This document shows positions 38,608 to 48,636 of a DNA stretch of 64,000 nt, piece by piece (positions within the stretch are counted from its first letter, which is position 1; each line of letters begins with the position of its first letter). The stretch comes from a virus. The stretch is taken from the IMG/VR virus record IMGVR_UViG_3300050343_000185, one strand, 5' to 3'. The notes beneath the pieces were generated by a model. It saw nothing but the letters and a program-made list of their open reading frames with translations. It searched no databases and had not been told where the DNA came from. The position numbers and the translations under genes were made by a program.

Positions 38608-40755
38608 TCAACTGACATACTCGATGAAGGAACTCAGGAGTTTTTTATTGGTGGATTTTGAACTAAGCATTTTCTTGAAGGCTTTACTGATTTCACTTTT
38701 CTTAGCACCAGAATCAACTTCTGTCATATCAGAATCATTCTCTCCACCAAGAGCAGTATTAGAAATAGCATACAATGCAGTGTATCCTTTAGGCATAGGA
38801 ATGATAGCAGACTTTTGTTTCCTCCATTGCTTCTGAACCTCACCGTAGTAAGCAAGGTCGCCATAGGAACCAACAAAATTAGAGAGTTGACTACCAGCCA
38901 TAATACGAAACCCAATAACGTTTACTCCAGAATTACGATCGCGAACTTGTTTGATGAAAGTGTTAGTAGATTCTTCCCATCCACTCATAGAAGAATACAT
39001 ACGACCCGTCTGGCGATCACGAAGTATGGTGGAATATTCTAAGCGATGTGGACGAACATAGTGCTCGTCTTTATGTTCGTTGTAATATCTACGACCGTAA
39101 GATGCCTGACAACTCTCACCATCAGTAAGAATACAAACATTTACTTTTTGTAAGTTGTTCTGTTTCTTAAACTCAGGAATGATGTAGTTCAACATAATGA
39201 CACTCTCATTCAAAGGAGTTCCAGAAAGACCAACACCAACAGTGCTACGATAAGAAACATAGTGCTTGAAGCAGTATGCTTCCCTAAACAAATTGAGACA
39301 CATACGTTCATAGTTCTTTGAATTAGATCGAGAAGATACAACATTCATCAAATGGAACATACCTTTGTGGAGGAAGATCTCTCCATCCACACAACCACGA
39401 CTCGCAAAGTATTCTTCATTGGATACGTATTCGGTATTACCTTCTTTGGCGCGACGGACAGCATACCACTCATTAGTGAAAGCATATACTTCAAATGGGA
39501 TCTGAACTTTCTTACAAAAGGCAGTCAAGTTAAGTAGTTGTTTTACCGTAGACAACAACTCATTTTGCATAGAACCAGACCAATCAAGAATAAAAATTAA
39601 ACCATGGTTCTTACCATCAGGCACAACTGTTACTTTCTTGAAGAGGTCTTCATTATACTTATAAGTATGAAGCTTTGAAGTATCAAGAACACCAGTTTTA
39701 GATTGGCTAGCACGAGCATAGGCATCAGCAGACTTACGACATTCAAATTCTTTTACTAGGTAGTTTACTTCTTTCTGAGATTGTTTACGAAATGTATCAA
39801 AAGCATTATCAACTTCTATATATCGGTCATAACGATTGTCAGTAGCATCAGGATCATTAACAAATGCTTCGCGCTGTTCATCAATCCAACCATGAACTTC
39901 AGTCCAGTCAGCAATATAATCTTCCAAGTTAACAGAAGAAGGGATCTCAACATACTTAGAATTATCACCAAAACGATCTGTTAATTTCTTAGCAGCATCG
40001 TTGAAAGAATCCTGTGTCTTAGAACCTTCTATCTCCTCTTCGTCATCATAGTCTTCTCCAACATGTGGTTGTGGTTGACTAGTAGAACTAGTGTTATTTT
40101 CTTCGCGACGTTGTGCTTCTTCTAGCATTTCCTCATGCGTCATCTCACCTTCTTTACCTTCAGAAGATTGATTGGCAGGCATTTCTGCTTCTGGTGTTTG
40201 CTCTTGCTCCTGTTCTTGCTTACTGAATTCATATACATCAACAGCAATCTGACAAACCTCATCAAAAGTTTCAGCAACATCTGTACGAGATACAAATACT
40301 TTTTCTTCAATAGAGAAAGGAACCATAGCACTTGCACCAATCTTAAAGTGGAGATTGATACGATCGATCAGACTGAATGTATTGAGATCTTCGTCAGCAA
40401 TACCAAAGAAGTCCTGATCGTTTAGTTCTTTATATCCACCAGCAAATGACTTGCGAAGACCAGGATACTTTTGCTTCATCAACTTCTCGATACGAGCATC
40501 CTCAATCACGTTAACGAAATCTTTAGGACAATCGAACATCCCAGTCCAGTCCTCATTAGGAGTGAAGAGAGCATGTCCTACCTCGTGTCCCACCAGAAGG
40601 TCGTAGACGGTGCTAGATGCCTTGTCCCAGTTAGGGAGAGTCAACACACGGCGATCCACATCAAAGGACGCTGTAGCGACTCTACGGTGCTCTACAATCA
40701 GGTTCTCTGTTGCGAGCAGTCGTGCTAAGTTTCCTTTGATCTCTTGGGATGACAT
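38608..40755 (-). CDS. Metallopeptidase (HExxH) plus vWA domain protein (CobT-like)
   Basis: HEVGH and NVIEDARIE; acidic linker; MIDAS motif LDWSGSM, GTPL, LTDGE. Confidence 0.8.
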   Translation of the reverse strand: MSSQEIKGNLARLLATENLIVEHRRVATASFDVDRRVLTLPNWDKASSTVYDLLVGHEVGHALFTPNEDWTGMFDCPKDFVNVIEDARIEKLMKQKYPGLRKSFAGGYKELNDQDFFGIADEDLNTFSLIDRINLHFKIGASAMVPFSIEEKVFVSRTDVAETFDEVCQIAVDVYEFSKQEQEQEQTPEAEMPANQSSEGKEGEMTHEEMLEEAQRREENNTSSTSQPQPHVGEDYDDEEEIEGSKTQDSFNDAAKKLTDRFGDNSKYVEIPSSVNLEDYIADWTEVHGWIDEQREAFVNDPDATDNRYDRYIEVDNAFDTFRKQSQKEVNYLVKEFECRKSADAYARASQSKTGVLDTSKLHTYKYNEDLFKKVTVVPDGKNHGLIFILDWSGSMQNELLSTVKQLLNLTAFCKKVQIPFEVYAFTNEWYAVRRAKEGNTEYVSNEEYFASRGCVDGEIFLHKGMFHLMNVVSSRSNSKNYERMCLNLFREAYCFKHYVSYRSTVGVGLSGTPLNESVIMLNYIIPEFKKQNNLQKVNVCILTDGESCQASYGRRYYNEHKDEHYVRPHRLEYSTILRDRQTGRMYSSMSGWEESTNTFIKQVRDRNSGVNVIGFRIMAGSQLSNFVGSYGDLAYYGEVQKQWRKQKSAIIPMPKGYTALYAISNTALGGENDSDMTEVDSGAKKSEISKAFKKMLSSKSTNKKLLSSFIEYVS

Positions 40756-40760
40756 ACGTT

Positions 40761-40784
40761 CGTTTCGTTGATGCTACTAGTATA
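40761..40784 (-). promoter_or_regulatory. -10 box plus CATCAACGAAACG leader motif (copy 2)
   Basis: TATACT-N5-CATCAACGAAACG-N5-ATG. Confidence 0.65.
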
Positions 40785-40787
40785 TAC

Positions 40788-40812
40788 AAAAAAAGGGTGC
40801 CCGAAGGCACCC
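40788..40812 (-). terminator. Intrinsic terminator after gp46
   Basis: GGGTGCC-TTCG-GGCACCC-T7. Confidence 0.9.
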
Positions 40813-42543
40813 CTAGTCCAGTTCAGAAACTGTCTCTCGGATCACGGAGAAGTTCTTTTCTTTCTCTGCTGTGATAGTTCTCTCAAATTTACCGTCAAGG
40901 TTTTCTCTATGACTGATAACATAGATGTTTGAGTTGTCATCAAAGTTACGTAGGATCCAACTCAGATCCATACCACCTTGCTGGTCCAATGAACTGTCAA
41001 AGATCTCATCTAAGATAAGGAGATTAGTATCCACACTATTCTTAAGTTTAGCAATAGAACGCCAAGTAAGCAACAGAGCGATATCAATACGAGATTTCTC
41101 TCCTTCACTGAACGAATCATAAGAAAACACATCCCTATACCTAGACTTAATTATCTCCTCAAAGTTCTCGTTCAGTGTAAAGTTGACATAAAAGTCCATA
41201 CTTTGAAGATACTGATTGATGAGTTGGTTCATCGCTGGAAGATAGGTCTTGATGATCCTAGTCTTGATACCATTGTCTTTCAACAATTGCGATGCCACTA
41301 ATAGTGTATCACGGTCCTTACGGTTTTCTGCGAGGGTGCCACCCAATTGTTTCTTATTCCTAACAAGACCCTCAAGTTTTACAAACTCTGCTTTCTTGTC
41401 TGGGTTGCTACCTTCTAGTTCTTTAATCTCAGATTCGATATCAGAAATAGTTTTTCTGAATGACATGATCTGAAAGTTAGATTGACTGATAGAGTTGTTG
41501 ATAGACATGACCTGACTTGACAGCTCAGTAAATTTATTAAACTTAACTTCCTCTTCTCCTATAGCAGAAAGGATATCATTGTATCCTACAAGCATTTCTT
41601 CAACCTTAGTCTTTCCAGACTCCAACTTTTCATCACGAAATTCTTCTGATAAGTCCTGAGTACATGTAGGGCACACATGATTCTTCTCAAAGAACTCATG
41701 TTCTTTTTTACAAGTCTTTAATTTACCCTGAACTTTAATAAGAAAAGTGTTTAACTTCTTCAGTTTTGAAGTGCTGGTAGACACCGCTTCCATTTCTTTA
41801 GAATGTTTTTCAACTTCAGACGATAGTCGCGCAATCTCTTGGTGCTGAGTATTCTCATCTCCCAACAATTCAGCGATCTTATTCTCTTTACGAGTGATCT
41901 CTTCCTTAGTTTTCTTTTCCAGTTCAAGCATATACTTCTTCTGGAGATCAATCTTCTCTGACACAAGATGGATTTCATAATCAAGTGTCTTAATGTCTTC
42001 GTTATTTTCTCTAACTTTATCACGAAGAAGAACATTCATCGTAGAGAATACTTGGATGTCTAGAATGTCTTCGATAATCTCACGACGTTGTGCTAGAGGC
42101 AGACGCATGAATGGAACAAACGTAGAAGAACCAAGCACCACAATCTGTGTGAATGACTTGTAGTTCATCTTGAGAACATTATTCTCAAAGTTCTTCTGCT
42201 GTTCTACTAAAGAGCTCTCTTGGTTCCACAACTGATCGTTGCAGTAGATTTCAAATAGATTTGGTTTGACACCCCTAATTACTTTGTATTCTTTCTTACC
42301 AATACTGAATTCAATTTCCGTTACAAGATCTTTTTCGTTAATGCTATTAACTAGCATCGGTTTGTTAATCTTACGGAATGGTTTTCCAAACAAAGAAAAG
42401 GTAAGAGCATCTAGAATAGTACTCTTACCTGCACCGTTTGATCCTATGATCAGATTAGTTTTGGATGCTCGTAAATCAACTTCACTAAAAACATTACCCG
42501 TTGATAGAAAATTCTTCCAACGGATTTTTTTAAAAATAATCAT
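40813..42543 (-). CDS. gp46: SbcC/Rad50-like recombination ATPase (gp46-like)
   Basis: GSNGAGKS, coiled coil with CPTC hook, FSEGEK signature, LDEIFD. Confidence 0.95.
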   Translation of the reverse strand: MIIFKKIRWKNFLSTGNVFSEVDLRASKTNLIIGSNGAGKSTILDALTFSLFGKPFRKINKPMLVNSINEKDLVTEIEFSIGKKEYKVIRGVKPNLFEIYCNDQLWNQESSLVEQQKNFENNVLKMNYKSFTQIVVLGSSTFVPFMRLPLAQRREIIEDILDIQVFSTMNVLLRDKVRENNEDIKTLDYEIHLVSEKIDLQKKYMLELEKKTKEEITRKENKIAELLGDENTQHQEIARLSSEVEKHSKEMEAVSTSTSKLKKLNTFLIKVQGKLKTCKKEHEFFEKNHVCPTCTQDLSEEFRDEKLESGKTKVEEMLVGYNDILSAIGEEEVKFNKFTELSSQVMSINNSISQSNFQIMSFRKTISDIESEIKELEGSNPDKKAEFVKLEGLVRNKKQLGGTLAENRKDRDTLLVASQLLKDNGIKTRIIKTYLPAMNQLINQYLQSMDFYVNFTLNENFEEIIKSRYRDVFSYDSFSEGEKSRIDIALLLTWRSIAKLKNSVDTNLLILDEIFDSSLDQQGGMDLSWILRNFDDNSNIYVISHRENLDGKFERTITAEKEKNFSVIRETVSELD

Positions 42544-42806
42544 TCTTCAGGATCGTCAGGGGGAATCAAAAAATCGTCAGCAGTAATAATAGAAAATTTA
42601 TGACCGCGTTCTTGACATGCTGTAATTATAGCATGGTCGTCAATCTCTAGGATCTGCATGGGTGGATAATCTTCATCAATCTGTAGCATCATCAGATATC
42701 TGTCAGCATCTTCTTCTTCCTGAAATATAGGAATTACCCTATCCTCATCATCATCGAAGATAGAGTAAACACCATCAGGTTGATCTTCTAAAGTTACAAT
42801 AAACAT
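42540..42806 (-). CDS. Hypothetical protein (DUF3110-like)
   Basis: FQEEEDADRYLMML; 88 aa between gp47 and gp46. Confidence 0.65.
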   Translation of the reverse strand: MFIVTLEDQPDGVYSIFDDDEDRVIPIFQEEEDADRYLMMLQIDEDYPPMQILEIDDHAIITACQERGHKFSIITADDFLIPPDDPEE

Positions 42807-43846
42807 TAGACCACATTACAACTCTCAATATATAGAGATCTCATCAAACCCTTAAGATCAGATTTGTCTACGGTCATTTCTACTTCATCAATATACTCAT
42901 TAAGAAGAGTGAGTGTATCTTTAGTAGAAACTTCAAGATCTACCTGATCTTCAATATCAACTAAGGTCTCTACAATTTTTACATCGTGGACTCCTACGTT
43001 GTAAAGACGATCAACTAATGTTTCAAACATTTGGTAGTCTCGTTTCTCTTCAACGACAAGTTTAATGAACTGATTTTTATAACCAGACACATCCTGTTTG
43101 TTGTAGTCTACACGAGTATCATCATAGAAAATTTTGTCAAAGATCTCATAAGGATTTGCAACAAACTTAAGTCTATCACTTTCAGTATCGTAGATATGGA
43201 ATCCACGACGGTCTTTATAATCGTTCCAATACATCTGATAGGGATTACCTAAGTATTGAACATTACCCTTCTTCGACTTGTGATGATAGTGTCCAGACCA
43301 AACACGCTTAAAACGATGGAACAAACCAGCATCCATGCCATGGTCCATTCTCATACCTGGCGTCACATCAAACCCATTAAGTTCCAAATGTCCGCAACAA
43401 ATATCTGCTTCACTAGTCTCAAGTAAATTTGTTACTTCTTCCAAGTTCTCTTTATTAATCCAAGGCAACATCAAAAACTTTTTGTTTCCAAGTTTTAGAT
43501 GCTTGGGTTCAGAATAGATTGTGATGTTGTGATACTTTTCAAGTAAAAGTTCTGGTGAGTTGATGCGGTTGGTGTTCTTGTAATACGTACAATGATTACC
43601 AAGCAACATGTGAACGTTATACTTTGCTAGTTTCTCGAAATAGTTTTCACGAACACGATGATAGGTATTAAAGTCCATAGACTTTCGATTATCAAATGTG
43701 TCTCCAAGATCAATGACGGTATCGATACCTTCTTTTTCAAGAGTTGGAAAAAAGATATTGTCATAGAATTGTTGCCAGTAGTTCCAAAACGCTAGAGAAC
43801 CTTTGCGTCCATCAAGATGTTGATCTGTAATTAAAGCAATCTTCAT
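42806..43846 (-). CDS. gp47: SbcD/Mre11-like nuclease (gp47-like)
   Basis: TDQH, LGDTFD, LGNH, GHYH. Confidence 0.95.
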   Translation of the reverse strand: MKIALITDQHLDGRKGSLAFWNYWQQFYDNIFFPTLEKEGIDTVIDLGDTFDNRKSMDFNTYHRVRENYFEKLAKYNVHMLLGNHCTYYKNTNRINSPELLLEKYHNITIYSEPKHLKLGNKKFLMLPWINKENLEEVTNLLETSEADICCGHLELNGFDVTPGMRMDHGMDAGLFHRFKRVWSGHYHHKSKKGNVQYLGNPYQMYWNDYKDRRGFHIYDTESDRLKFVANPYEIFDKIFYDDTRVDYNKQDVSGYKNQFIKLVVEEKRDYQMFETLVDRLYNVGVHDVKIVETLVDIEDQVDLEVSTKDTLTLLNEYIDEVEMTVDKSDLKGLMRSLYIESCNVV

Positions 43847-44067
43847 AATTTACCGCTCACTGTCCCATCATATCGTGCTGAGTATTTGCAGTTTGCCCAG
43901 TTAGTAGCGACACCTTCCAAGTGGAATGGCGTTCCTTCCATGACAGATTCCCTCGTACCGCCTGTGACGATTCCCTCGCCATCCTCACCAAAGCTAGTCC
44001 ACGTTCCAAACTGTTTCTTTTCAACACGGAATTTTCCATAGGGAGTTTCATACCATTCATAATTCAT
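43843..44067 (-). CDS. Hypothetical protein
   Basis: 74 aa with ATGA overlaps on both sides. Confidence 0.65.
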   Translation of the reverse strand: MNYEWYETPYGKFRVEKKQFGTWTSFGEDGEGIVTGGTRESVMEGTPFHLEGVATNWANCKYSARYDGTVSGKL

Positions 44068-44573
44068 CGGTTCATTCTTGTCTCAATGTTTTCTTTGATA
44101 CTACCCATGTCAGAATACGATGCGTTCATACCTGTCATTGTACCATCGTAAGAATCAGTGTGCATGACTTCATCATGTCCTGATCGTTCTAGAATTTTAC
44201 TTTTAATTTCTAGTTGCTTTTTCTCTTTCTGGATACGACGCAAGAAAGCGTAGTAGATAATCTGAGTGAAGTAAGCAAACGGGTTCTGGGATTTCTCTGG
44301 ATTGAAGTTGTCGATATACTGTAGGCAATTCTCAATGCCGTCACAGATCATATCCTCACGGAACATGTAATTGACAAAGTTTGGTTTGTATGATAGATGT
44401 GTAGCGATCTTAAGGAAACACTCGCCAATATAATTCGTGACACGCGGTCGAGGTTTTTCTTGTTCTTTTGCTTTAATAACTTTGTCTCGATACTCAGTAA
44501 TAGCAGCGAGAAACTCTTTGTTATTAACGTAGTATTCGGTTTGCTTTCGTTTTGCCATTACTGTGTATGCCAC
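44064..44573 (-). CDS. gp55: Late-transcription sigma factor (gp55-like)
   Basis: YYVNNKEF, YKPNFVNY, NPFAYFTQI..AFLRRI. Start at GTG 44573 or ATG 44558. Confidence 0.93.
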   Translation of the reverse strand: MAYTVMAKRKQTEYYVNNKEFLAAITEYRDKVIKAKEQEKPRPRVTNYIGECFLKIATHLSYKPNFVNYMFREDMICDGIENCLQYIDNFNPEKSQNPFAYFTQIIYYAFLRRIQKEKKQLEIKSKILERSGHDEVMHTDSYDGTMTGMNASYSDMGSIKENIETRMNR

Positions 44574-44599
44574 GGTTTGTCTTACATAATCATATATCA

Positions 44600-44628
44600 A
44601 GTATACCACTTTGTTAGTGATCTGTCAA
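44600..44628 (-). promoter_or_regulatory. Sigma70-type promoter for gp55-gp47-gp46
   Basis: TTGACA-N17-TATACT. Confidence 0.8.
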
Positions 44629-44635
44629 AGGGGGG

Positions 44636-44664
44636 TTGACAAATCCTCAGAACCTGAGTAGGAT
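44636..44664 (+). promoter_or_regulatory. Divergent plus-strand sigma70-type promoter (antisense)
   Basis: TTGACA-N17-TAGGAT; no plus-strand gene downstream. Confidence 0.55.
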
Positions 44665-44697
44665 GACTCTGTTAGGGTTCAAGAGAAGTTGTAGCTC

Positions 44698-45096
44698 TTA
44701 GCTTTTATTAAATAGATCTTCTAAAGATTTTTTCATTTCCTTTACTGAACCTAGGTATCCAGATCCTCTGGGTATTTTATTTCCTCTACCTGCTAAAGAC
44801 TTTCCAGTCTCCATACGGAGAAGAGTTTTTTCATAGAAGTCAACAATTTCTCCTTCAATTTCAACCATAGTTAATACATGATCTCTGTTAATAACAAACA
44901 TATTATCAAATGTAGCAGAGATCCATTCTTTTAAAGCAAAGCCTGTTACTTCTAACTGACCTTTTCTTTGTTTAGAATTTTCAACTATAAGAGGTCTCTC
45001 TAACATAACCTTGTCTTCTTCAGTAAGATAACATACTTTAGATACTAATTCTTCACCTGATACTAATTTAATAGTTGCATAGAATTCTTCTTCCAT
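44698..45096 (-). CDS. Hypothetical protein (Sm-like)
   Basis: IKLVSGEELVSK...LERPL...KEWI. Confidence 0.7.
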   Translation of the reverse strand: MEEEFYATIKLVSGEELVSKVCYLTEEDKVMLERPLIVENSKQRKGQLEVTGFALKEWISATFDNMFVINRDHVLTMVEIEGEIVDFYEKTLLRMETGKSLAGRGNKIPRGSGYLGSVKEMKKSLEDLFNKS

Positions 45097-45098
45097 AT

Positions 45099-46571
45099 TT
45101 AATTTGCTCTAAGGTTTACTTTTATAACCTCATACTTAAAGTTCTCTTCATTGTAAATGTTAACTCGTTCATTCAAATGTCTAAGGGTATAATTCTGACC
45201 GCCAATATCATCAGCGATATCGTATAAGGTTGCTATATCTTTACCTTCGCCTTTCCTGAGAACACGTCCGATAGATTGGAGGTTACGAATGCGAGACTTA
45301 CTAGGGGAAGCAAAAATAATATTGTGTAATCGTTTGATGTTGATACCTGTAGAGAACGTTCCGTAAGAAGCAATGATTACAGCATTGTTCTCAGTTTCAG
45401 TAAGTTGGCGTACTTGTTCTCTATCTTCTACATCAGTACCACCGTGAACAAAAAATACTTTTCGCTCGGGGTCTATGGTGCTATTTATCAATTCCAAAAG
45501 TGGTTCACCGTGCTTCTCGATATAGTTAAATAACACAAGAGTGTTTCCTTCAATATCTTTTACTAAATTTTTAATCAGATTATTTCTACCACGATGCTCT
45601 ACTAGGTAATCAATCTCCTCATGATATGATTCAAAGTGTTGCGGAGCATGTTTACAAAGTAGGATTTTGATCCTAAATTTAGAAAGATAACCTTCCTTAA
45701 TTAAACTGTCTGTTTTAGTAACTTGTTCGCAATCACCAAACAATCCTTCCAACACCCACTTGTGAGTTTTACTCCCGTCTAGGGTTCCAGTAAAACCAAA
45801 CCTATACTTGGCATTGTGTAGTTTAGTCATAATTCCCGTGAGGGATTTTGATTTAAACAGGTGTGCTTCATCACCGATAACACAATCAATATCATCAAAG
45901 TATCTTTTTGGGAACTTGTAGATGGATTGCCAGGTTGATATAATAATTGGTTTATCCGTATTTTTATCCTTGCCGGAATATATCTTATGCACATGATCGT
46001 CAGCATTCCACCCGTAGTCATTAAAGTCATTGACCATCTGTTCTACCAAGGACGTAGTAGGAACGATGATGAGCGTTTTCTTGTTGGTAGCAGTATAGTA
46101 TCTGACGAGGGAATAGATCATCAAACTCTTTCCGCTGCCCGTAGGAGAAAGAAGTAACTTTCTATTATTTTTTATAGCTTCGTAAACAGCACGATACTGA
46201 TACACTCTTGGTTTGATTTCAGATCGTGTAATTTTATTCATAAATGTTTCAATGCCTGCGTATGAAACAAAGTCGTTAGTTTCTCTGACTTCTCCATACC
46301 AGTCATTCATTTCATACTTGACTTTATATTGTCGCTCGTCAGCCCACACTTGTAGGTGCTTCATTAGACCACCATAAAGGTCGCCCGTACCAGGAGAGTA
46401 CAGACGAATAGTTCCATCCCAGTATTTGTATCTGGGGTTCTTCTTCAGGAACTTTGCTTCAGGAACTTCAAACGAAAAATAATCTGAGAGCTCCTGATGT
46501 ACATGTGGCTCAGCAGATTGAATGGTAACGTATACTTCGTTTTTCTTTTTAATACTGAGGGTGGTCATCAT
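45099..46571 (-). CDS. uvsW: UvsW SF2 helicase
   Basis: SPTGSGKS, GDEAH, TGT, QSIGRVLR. Confidence 0.95.
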   Translation of the reverse strand: MMTTLSIKKKNEVYVTIQSAEPHVHQELSDYFSFEVPEAKFLKKNPRYKYWDGTIRLYSPGTGDLYGGLMKHLQVWADERQYKVKYEMNDWYGEVRETNDFVSYAGIETFMNKITRSEIKPRVYQYRAVYEAIKNNRKLLLSPTGSGKSLMIYSLVRYYTATNKKTLIIVPTTSLVEQMVNDFNDYGWNADDHVHKIYSGKDKNTDKPIIISTWQSIYKFPKRYFDDIDCVIGDEAHLFKSKSLTGIMTKLHNAKYRFGFTGTLDGSKTHKWVLEGLFGDCEQVTKTDSLIKEGYLSKFRIKILLCKHAPQHFESYHEEIDYLVEHRGRNNLIKNLVKDIEGNTLVLFNYIEKHGEPLLELINSTIDPERKVFFVHGGTDVEDREQVRQLTETENNAVIIASYGTFSTGINIKRLHNIIFASPSKSRIRNLQSIGRVLRKGEGKDIATLYDIADDIGGQNYTLRHLNERVNIYNEENFKYEVIKVNLRAN

Positions 46572-47041
46572 TGTCCATTAACGAATTTCTCCCACTCAAT
46601 GGCACTCTTGACCTGAAAACCTCTATTAGAAATTTGACGCATGACTTGATCCAACCAGTAAAGCATCTGGTCTAGATATTTGATCTTCGCCTCAAGGTTG
46701 ATGATCTCCTCATCTGCCTCAAGGTAAGTTCTCATTTTTTCCGAAGTCTTAATGCTTGATCCGAATGGTTTAGCAGCGTAGGTCTTAGCGTCTGCTTCGC
46801 CTGAGTAATACTCACGCTTATTCTTTACCAGTTTGCGGGTCTCAAATTCCAGCGAAGTCTTGATCTGCTGAATGTCAGTGTAATGGTTTAAGTATTTATT
46901 ATGTTGGAAAGGGATCGATAATGCGAGTTGCCCTAGATCCGTGGTATACTGTTTGTTCTTAAATTGAAAGTCAACTGCTGAGTCTTCTGTCCAGTCTTCT
47001 CTCAATTTGTCAAATTTATTACGAAGAGTTTCAAAATTCAT
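46568..47041 (-). CDS. uvsY: UvsY recombination mediator
   Basis: KREYYSGEA...RGFQVKSAIEWEKF. Confidence 0.88.
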   Translation of the reverse strand: MNFETLRNKFDKLREDWTEDSAVDFQFKNKQYTTDLGQLALSIPFQHNKYLNHYTDIQQIKTSLEFETRKLVKNKREYYSGEADAKTYAAKPFGSSIKTSEKMRTYLEADEEIINLEAKIKYLDQMLYWLDQVMRQISNRGFQVKSAIEWEKFVNGQ

Positions 47042-47559
47042 AGAGTTTTAAATTGTTTATCACGAATAAAAAATTGTTGATGTTTAAATGTAACTTCAGC
47101 AGTAATGTATTCTACATCTGTCATTGTAGCATCAAATTGTAACCCCGACAAACTGACAGGAAAGATATCTCTGTAGTCGATAATAAATGCTGGATTGTAT
47201 TGTGAGGTGACAATGTTAAGTTGTCCGTTGGTATAAATCTCTGACTCTTTTGTTGTGCGTTGCATTTGATCTGCGTTACCATTGTCTCTAATCCATTTGT
47301 AAATACTGTTGTAGTTTACAAGATCTTCGTCAACAATAAAACGCACAGAAAAATCCCCGAACGTTACACCACCGCTGGGAATGATAGGCAAGTTTCTAAA
47401 AGGACTTGCTACTTCCGTAACTGGCATTGAAACGTCGGGGATATTTGCTGTCTGACAGAAAAAGTCTACACCTTCAAATTTTTCTAATTTGAGTAGATAA
47501 CCAATAGGGTTCAGGAAATTCCTATTAGTAGGTTGTTCCTTATACCATTCAGCAGACAT
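47038..47559 (-). CDS. gp3: Tail tube terminator / completion protein (gp3-like)
   Basis: NFLNP, FCQTANIP, FIVDEDLVNY, FPVSLS. Confidence 0.88.
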   Translation of the reverse strand: MSAEWYKEQPTNRNFLNPIGYLLKLEKFEGVDFFCQTANIPDVSMPVTEVASPFRNLPIIPSGGVTFGDFSVRFIVDEDLVNYNSIYKWIRDNGNADQMQRTTKESEIYTNGQLNIVTSQYNPAFIIDYRDIFPVSLSGLQFDATMTDVEYITAEVTFKHQQFFIRDKQFKTL

Positions 47560-47579
47560 GTCAACTTCCCAAGCTGATA

Positions 47580-47717
47580 CTATTTATCCTCGTTATACCA
47601 GAAGTCTTCCCAGTCTTTTTCATCTGCTTCATAGATTGGACAAGGTTCTTCCATTAAAATATCAGTTTTTATTTTTAAATCCTTCATAGCAAGTTTTTTA
47701 AAATTTTTATCTTTCAT
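47580..47717 (-). CDS. Small hypothetical protein (45 aa)
   Basis: TAATG-coupled to the upstream gene; acidic EKDWEDFWY tail. Confidence 0.45.
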   Translation of the reverse strand: MKDKNFKKLAMKDLKIKTDILMEEPCPIYEADEKDWEDFWYNEDK

Positions 47718-48427
47718 TAATCTAAGAAACAATTAAACGTTAAACGATCACTTTTCCATTTTGATGCAGTGTAATATGGGGAGTGCCATAAAGTACCTTC
47801 GTAAAAGATCATAGTATTATACGAATGTGGAATTACATGATACCTACTCCATCCATCGATAATAGCAATAGATGGATCACACTTAACATATTTAATTTTA
47901 TCTATAGGATCTGCATCACGAAAGTAGTTTGCTCTGTAGTTATAATCTCTTGACATATATTCTTCAGATGTACTATTTTTTCTCCATAGAGCAGTTCCAT
48001 TATCTTTTCCACAATATTCATTATCTTTATTGAGGGAACATACACCAGCATATCTAATGTTATCTGTATGAGGAAATAAACTTACCTCTCTAACATTTTG
48101 ATTTACTGCGTAATTTTGGAAAGTAAATTTATTTAAATAAGTAGAAGTTTCAAAACTTGCAAATTTACTTTTAATTATTTTTCTTATAGGTTTTGCAATC
48201 TCGGACAAATTTCCAATTGTGTAAACATAACCAGGAATATTACTTACTTGACCATCAATAGTATTTACATAAGCAACTGATTTAGCAAACTCTCTTACCT
48301 TATCTGGGTTTCTAAAAAATTTTTTAACTACTAAAATTCTATTATTTGAATTTCCAACATGATAAATGTTAACCCTCCAGTTAAGATCATCTAAAGCAAA
48401 AATTTCACATGGGTCAATAATTTTCAT
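47717..48427 (-). CDS. 2OG-Fe(II) oxygenase-like protein (DUF6445-like)
   Basis: PHTD...GTALW...YNTMIFY..TLWHS...RLTFN; AT-rich. Confidence 0.75.
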   Translation of the reverse strand: MKIIDPCEIFALDDLNWRVNIYHVGNSNNRILVVKKFFRNPDKVREFAKSVAYVNTIDGQVSNIPGYVYTIGNLSEIAKPIRKIIKSKFASFETSTYLNKFTFQNYAVNQNVREVSLFPHTDNIRYAGVCSLNKDNEYCGKDNGTALWRKNSTSEEYMSRDYNYRANYFRDADPIDKIKYVKCDPSIAIIDGWSRYHVIPHSYNTMIFYEGTLWHSPYYTASKWKSDRLTFNCFLD

Positions 48428-48435
48428 ATTATATT

Positions 48436-48603
48436 TTACTGCGCGTATTCATTAATTATATCTAATATCTTATCTAGAGAATCATGAGCTCCGTCATACC
48501 ACTGACCTGTCATGCCAGGATTTGTTTCTTTATCATACAATTCAGTTTTTAATCTATACACCTTTGCAAGCATATCTGTTTTGTGTAAGCGACCGCGAGG
48601 CAT
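48436..48603 (-). CDS. Small hypothetical protein (55 aa)
   Basis: MPRGRLHKTDMLAKVYRLK...; preceded by TAAATA at about 48626-48631. Confidence 0.55.
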   Translation of the reverse strand: MPRGRLHKTDMLAKVYRLKTELYDKETNPGMTGQWYDGAHDSLDKILDIINEYAQ

Positions 48604-48636
48604 AATGATAGGGTATTACTAGTTCTATTTAAGCAC

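Noticed and set aside
37432-40755. Functional cobalamin biosynthesis (CobST chelatase)
   Set aside because: No cobN or other cob genes are in the window, and the vWA partner has an HExxH peptidase domain. A generic MoxR-vWA role is more plausible.
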